This document shows, piece by piece, positions 60,012 to 64,000 of a stretch of DNA of 64,000 bases. The stretch lies in the NCBI GenBank assembly GCA_023920165.1, contig CP089277.1, positions 992,001 through 1,056,000 on the forward strand. The letters are read 5' to 3'. This DNA comes from Curvularia clavata. Taxonomy: Eukaryota. Below the pieces are notes generated by a model. It searched no databases. It was not told where the DNA came from and worked only from the letters and a program-made list of their open reading frames with translations. The position numbers and the translations under genes are program-made. Within the stretch, counting starts at the first letter, position 1; each line of letters starts with the position of its first letter.

Positions 60012-61712
60012 ATGTTCCTTGACAACAGCCAGGCTCCCGTCAACCAGCCTGCTGCGTCTGCGTCTGGTCAAGAGCCACCCTTGCCACGCGGAGAATGTAG
60101 TTTCATCCTCTCTTCTGGCGAAAATGGCGTCCGCCAGCGGTGCTCCTGTCGTAGCTTCTACCCAGACGATGTCATACGCTCTCGATGTGGATGCGGCCAC
60201 CAGGCCTGGATCCACGAGGCTCAGCCCGTCGCCGCCGTGACAATGGACGCGTACGTCCAGGCTCTGGACCAAATGAAGCAGCTGCAGCTCCAGGTTAAAC
60301 GTTTCGAGACGTTGGAGCAAGATCTCAAGCAAGAGCTGTTTCGCGAAAGAATGGCACGCGAGGAGCTCATCCGGACCAACCATGCAGTCCAGGCTCGCAT
60401 ATACCAAAACATGCAGCTCCTAAAGTTGTCCATGGACGACCGTGTTGAGGCTGTCGTGGATAGGACCACGGAACTCAGCGACCAGATCAAGTTGCAGGGC
60501 GAGCGTTTGACCATGGTAGACGAGTTCAGCATGGAGCTGGAAAATAGACTCGATCGCATCGACCAGCTTGGTGGCATGTCAAGAGGCCAGACGCCCGCCC
60601 CATCAACACCAAAGCCGCGCCGAACAACGCCGCAAGCACCGCCAGTTCCACAGCTGCCGCCCCTGATGCAAGCAGACCACGCGTTCGGCCAACTTCCCAT
60701 TCGTAACGACAAAAAGTACCCTCTGTCATGGAGCGTCCGTGTCATCTTTGTACCCCGCAAGTCACAAAAGTTTGCCTTCGACCCTGACAGTAACGCATAC
60801 CGGCGCTGCGCATCACGCAAGCTGCATCAGAACCTTGATTTCCCCAGTCAGGACAGCTCCTGCTTCGCAAACCGCATCGAGACTGCCTTCAAGGGCGTCT
60901 TGCGCGGACGACCATGGATGCCCATGACTGGTCATCGGCCTGCAGACGAGCCTTTTGGTCGCATGGCCCTTACCCTTCTGCCCCCTGACCTTGTGCATCG
61001 TGGTGTATGGGACTATCCGTTCTTAGAAGATCACTGTATTGCACACGATAAGATGCAGGGAGATGTTCTCTATGTCACTCTTCAATATGAGGACGTGACT
61101 TGGAACGAGATACGCTTCCTCCCTCCTGTGGCTGGTGCTGACGAGACTTGCTGGGAGCATGACGAGGAGCTCGACGGCAGTGCCAGATTCAAGAGCTTGG
61201 ACTCAGAGATTATGTACGATTGCCAGGATCCTCCTCCCACTTATTCATCTCGAACTCACTCCATGGCGACTAGGGCGCCCTCGGGACTGGATGTCCTTGC
61301 AGACTCGGCTGCCATGCTGAGCCCCATCGAGCGCATTCAAACGGCATCATCCACACACTCTTCCAGGCTGACTCCTCTGAGCCCTATTCAACGTGGTTCC
61401 ACTTCATTGTCTAATCACTCAAGCACCCCGCGCTTCTCGTCTGAACGAAGTAGCCTCCGCAGCTTTGACACCGAAACTACCGACGATGAGCATCGGGACA
61501 AGAAGCCGAAGTTGCGCATGCCTCATGTCGCTGCTGGTGGCCATGCCCAGCAGCCCATGTATGTCTCGGGTCGCTCAAAGCGAAAGATGCCAGTAAGGGA
61601 GAAGGGTCTCAAGGAGCCACTGCACTTTAACGTTGCCGGCGTTGCCAAGGGCGGCCTCCACTTCCTGCATCCGCGCTCATCCAAGGGCAAAGAAGTAGCT
61701 CACAACCCCTGA
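60012..61712 (+). CDS. Fungal protein of unknown function: Cys/His motif, coiled coil, globular domain, Ser-rich tail
   Basis: About 566-aa single-exon ORF with strong codon bias. Motif CSF..RCSCRSF..RCGCGHQAWIH, then heptad-rich LDQMKQLQLQVKRFETLEQDLKQEL. Confidence 0.85.
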   Translation: MFLDNSQAPVNQPAASASGQEPPLPRGECSFILSSGENGVRQRCSCRSFYPDDVIRSRCGCGHQAWIHEAQPVAAVTMDAYVQALDQMKQLQLQVKRFETLEQDLKQELFRERMAREELIRTNHAVQARIYQNMQLLKLSMDDRVEAVVDRTTELSDQIKLQGERLTMVDEFSMELENRLDRIDQLGGMSRGQTPAPSTPKPRRTTPQAPPVPQLPPLMQADHAFGQLPIRNDKKYPLSWSVRVIFVPRKSQKFAFDPDSNAYRRCASRKLHQNLDFPSQDSSCFANRIETAFKGVLRGRPWMPMTGHRPADEPFGRMALTLLPPDLVHRGVWDYPFLEDHCIAHDKMQGDVLYVTLQYEDVTWNEIRFLPPVAGADETCWEHDEELDGSARFKSLDSEIMYDCQDPPPTYSSRTHSMATRAPSGLDVLADSAAMLSPIERIQTASSTHSSRLTPLSPIQRGSTSLSNHSSTPRFSSERSSLRSFDTETTDDEHRDKKPKLRMPHVAAGGHAQQPMYVSGRSKRKMPVREKGLKEPLHFNVAGVAKGGLHFLHPRSSKGKEVAHNP

Positions 61713-63389
61713 AAAAGCACTGTTCAGTCTCGCAGATTCTTCTACGATATATTTTCTTATATTTTCATCAGAGGCGTTCAAGAGTAAAAGCCTCGCTTTA
61801 AAGGATACCCATCGGCGTTGTACAGCATGAGTTATTTATGAGATTTATAAGAGCGGATTTCTTCTTTCTTACCAGTGTCTTGATATTGTTAGATATCGCA
61901 GAATATGGTCAACGCTGACCGGTCATGTTGACTTTCATTTTTTTGTCCTATACCATAGACGATCTGACAGATTGCAATTCATGCTTTGTGTTGGCATTTC
62001 ATGCCTGGTACGAGTAAGGAGGACCACGAAGAATGTAATTATGCCAGCTCAGCATGTCACCAATCTCTCATTCAGCCAACCTCGCTCCGCCGTCTTGGCA
62101 TTTGATAAGGAGTGGTATTTGGTTTTTTGACACATCTCTCCCACATTGACAATTTGGACCCGAGAATTTGTCGTACCGCTGTGGAGCACATTGAAGGCTT
62201 ACTGTGCAGAGCCTAAGGCACGATAACACTGACTCTTGGTACCGTTATCGCACTGGCTAGCCGGGGCATGATAACGATGCCCCTCTATCAAAGCGCCAAG
62301 CCACACACCGGTGTCGGTCTGGGGATTTGGGTGTTGGAATAACCTAACAGTATCATGTGACTCCAGCGGACGACTTGGTTCCAGCCTTATGCGTATACTG
62401 TCCCTGCGTACTTAGGCCGCGCTTGTTCAATACATGGACGACCAATCTCTTTCGCCTTTCTTAACTAATGCACCTGACTCGAACTTTTTTAGTACAATGA
62501 AGGCTAGGAGACGAAATAGCACGCCCCGTAGTCGAGACATCCTGAGCTTCTCCGGATTTCTATTGCATCCTGGACATTTACGAGGCATGGACGCTGCTCT
62601 ACCACTTTAGCAATAGTGATATGCGGAGAAGCAGCATCATAGTGGAGCCGTAACGCCCCACAGTGTAACCCAAGACATGCTCACCAACGCGAATCTCTCT
62701 GAGGCTCTTCTTCCAAACTGGTCAAAAGACAGCCTATATAGAACCTAATGCAGTCGAAGCTCACTTTCGAACTCGCAGAGAACAATCGCAAACCCTCAGC
62801 GACGCTATCGGTCCACCGGCCGAAGTCGCCGTGCCTTTCTCGAAGCGGCCCGTTTCTTATCAGCATCCATCTCCGCGCCGCACCCAACCCCCCCTCGTCT
62901 CTCCCAATCCTACGTGCCGATCCCGCCCTTCACGCCCGCACTGACACACGTGGAACGAACGGGCTCGCCGCAAGGGGGTTGTCGCATAAGCGGTATTGGT
63001 CAAAACCATGTTCGGAGAAAAAAAAGTGTAGGTAGGGGCGGAGAAGGTTACTTCGCGCTTTGCGGTTCCTGCTATGGTTCGATGGCCTTAGTGGCACCGC
63101 ACTCGCTGGGGGGTTGCAGGGAATGGGAACGAGGTCTGATGTAACTCCACGGCAAACAAGATTGGGTAAACCGTTGGGACTGGATTGATAGGGCGGAATT
63201 GGAGAAGTTGTACAAAAGGGTTTCTTCCGGTCGCTTGCTCTTCTCTGTCGCTGCAATCGTGTTTCCATTCCTTTTTCTTTGCTTTTGCTGCACCAGCGCT
63301 CCTCCCTAGAGAGCACTTGACTGCGCCCTTCTCTATTGGAAACCCTTATCCCCTCTAGGCCTCCGTCCAACACATTGGGCATAGCCAAC

Positions 63390-64000
63390 ATGTCAGATAT
63401 TACCAAGGACCCCGAATTGGCGAAAAATGACCTCCAAGTCACCGCCTCAGCCTCATCCGGAAACCCAAATGCCCCCGTCCCCATCGCAGGCACAACACAA
63501 CATCTTCCCACCTACGAGCACGAAAAAGCATTGACATGGAAATTCGACATCCGCATCCTGCCCATGCTAGCTGTCATGTACCTCTTCAACGCACTCGACA
63601 AGGGAAACCTCGGCAATGCAAAGACAGATGGCATGGACAAGGACCTGGGCTTCAAGGGAAACCAGTACAACATTATGCTTAGTATCTTCTACGTGCCATA
63701 TGTCCTTTTTGCGCCACCGATTGGTATGCTGGGCAAGAAGTATGGGCCGCATCGCGTGCTGCCGATTATGATGTTTTGCTTTGGGAGTGCGACGTTGTTG
63801 GCGGCTAGTGTGCAAAATTGGGGTGGAATGATGGCATTGAGGTGGTTTTTGGGTAAGTCACTTTGGTCCAATATGTGAGAATGCGATGAATGTGGAATTA
63901 ACGGTGTGATTAGGTATGTCGGAGAGTGCGTTCTTTCCGTTGGTTATTTATTATCTCACTACGTTTTACCGCCGTGGCGAGCTTGCGAGACGACTTGCGA
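63390..64000 (+). CDS. MFS transporter, anion:cation symporter (Dal5/Tna1-like), 5' part only
   Basis: Exons 63390-63852 and 63914 to the window edge. Motifs KFDIRILP, NALDKGNLGNAK, NQYN..LSIFYVPY, LRWFLG|MSESAFFP..YYLTTFYRRGELA.R. Confidence 0.92.

Noticed and set aside
63911..63919. TAG|GTATGT at the MFS intron acceptor, resembling a zero-length exon
   Set aside because: The downstream sequence encodes the conserved G-M-S-E-S-A-F-F-P motif, so it is ordinary exon.

Overview
This is eukaryotic DNA from a filamentous ascomycete. Short GT-AG introns with CTRAC/CTAAT branch sites, Zn2Cys6 regulators and a PGN1-type endopolygalacturonase suggest a Dothideomycete, probably Pleosporales (inference from protein style, not a database result). 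I can support about 23 protein-coding genes, with exon structures read by eye. In order they are: a KH RNA-binding protein (3' end only), an orphan, HUT1, a peroxisomal-type acyl-CoA synthetase, RPL16/uL13, a Zn2Cys6 TF, a secreted choice-of-anchor-B-like propeller protein, SCS3/FIT, GH36, GH28, GH18, a HAD hydrolase, an S53 tripeptidyl peptidase, an S10 carboxypeptidase, a Ser/Thr dehydratase, an orphan, a second Zn2Cys6 TF, GT34, an F-box-like protein, an AhpD/CMD-like protein, a third Zn2Cys6 TF, a Cys/His coiled-coil unknown, and an MFS permease (5' end only). I recognised no tRNA, rRNA, CRISPR array or intact transposon. The most notable signals are in non-coding DNA and gene architecture: (1) a 4-nt microexon that supplies the sixth Cys of a zinc cluster; (2) long hairpins filling RPL16 introns 2 and 3; (3) a higher-order (AB)2 minisatellite inside the tripeptidyl-peptidase intron whose core recurs 6 kb away in a promoter; (4) a PTS2 signal plus a FarA/B-type site on the acyl-CoA synthetase; (5) two stop-free in-frame introns. 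I cannot claim a clearly new multi-gene system from sequence alone.
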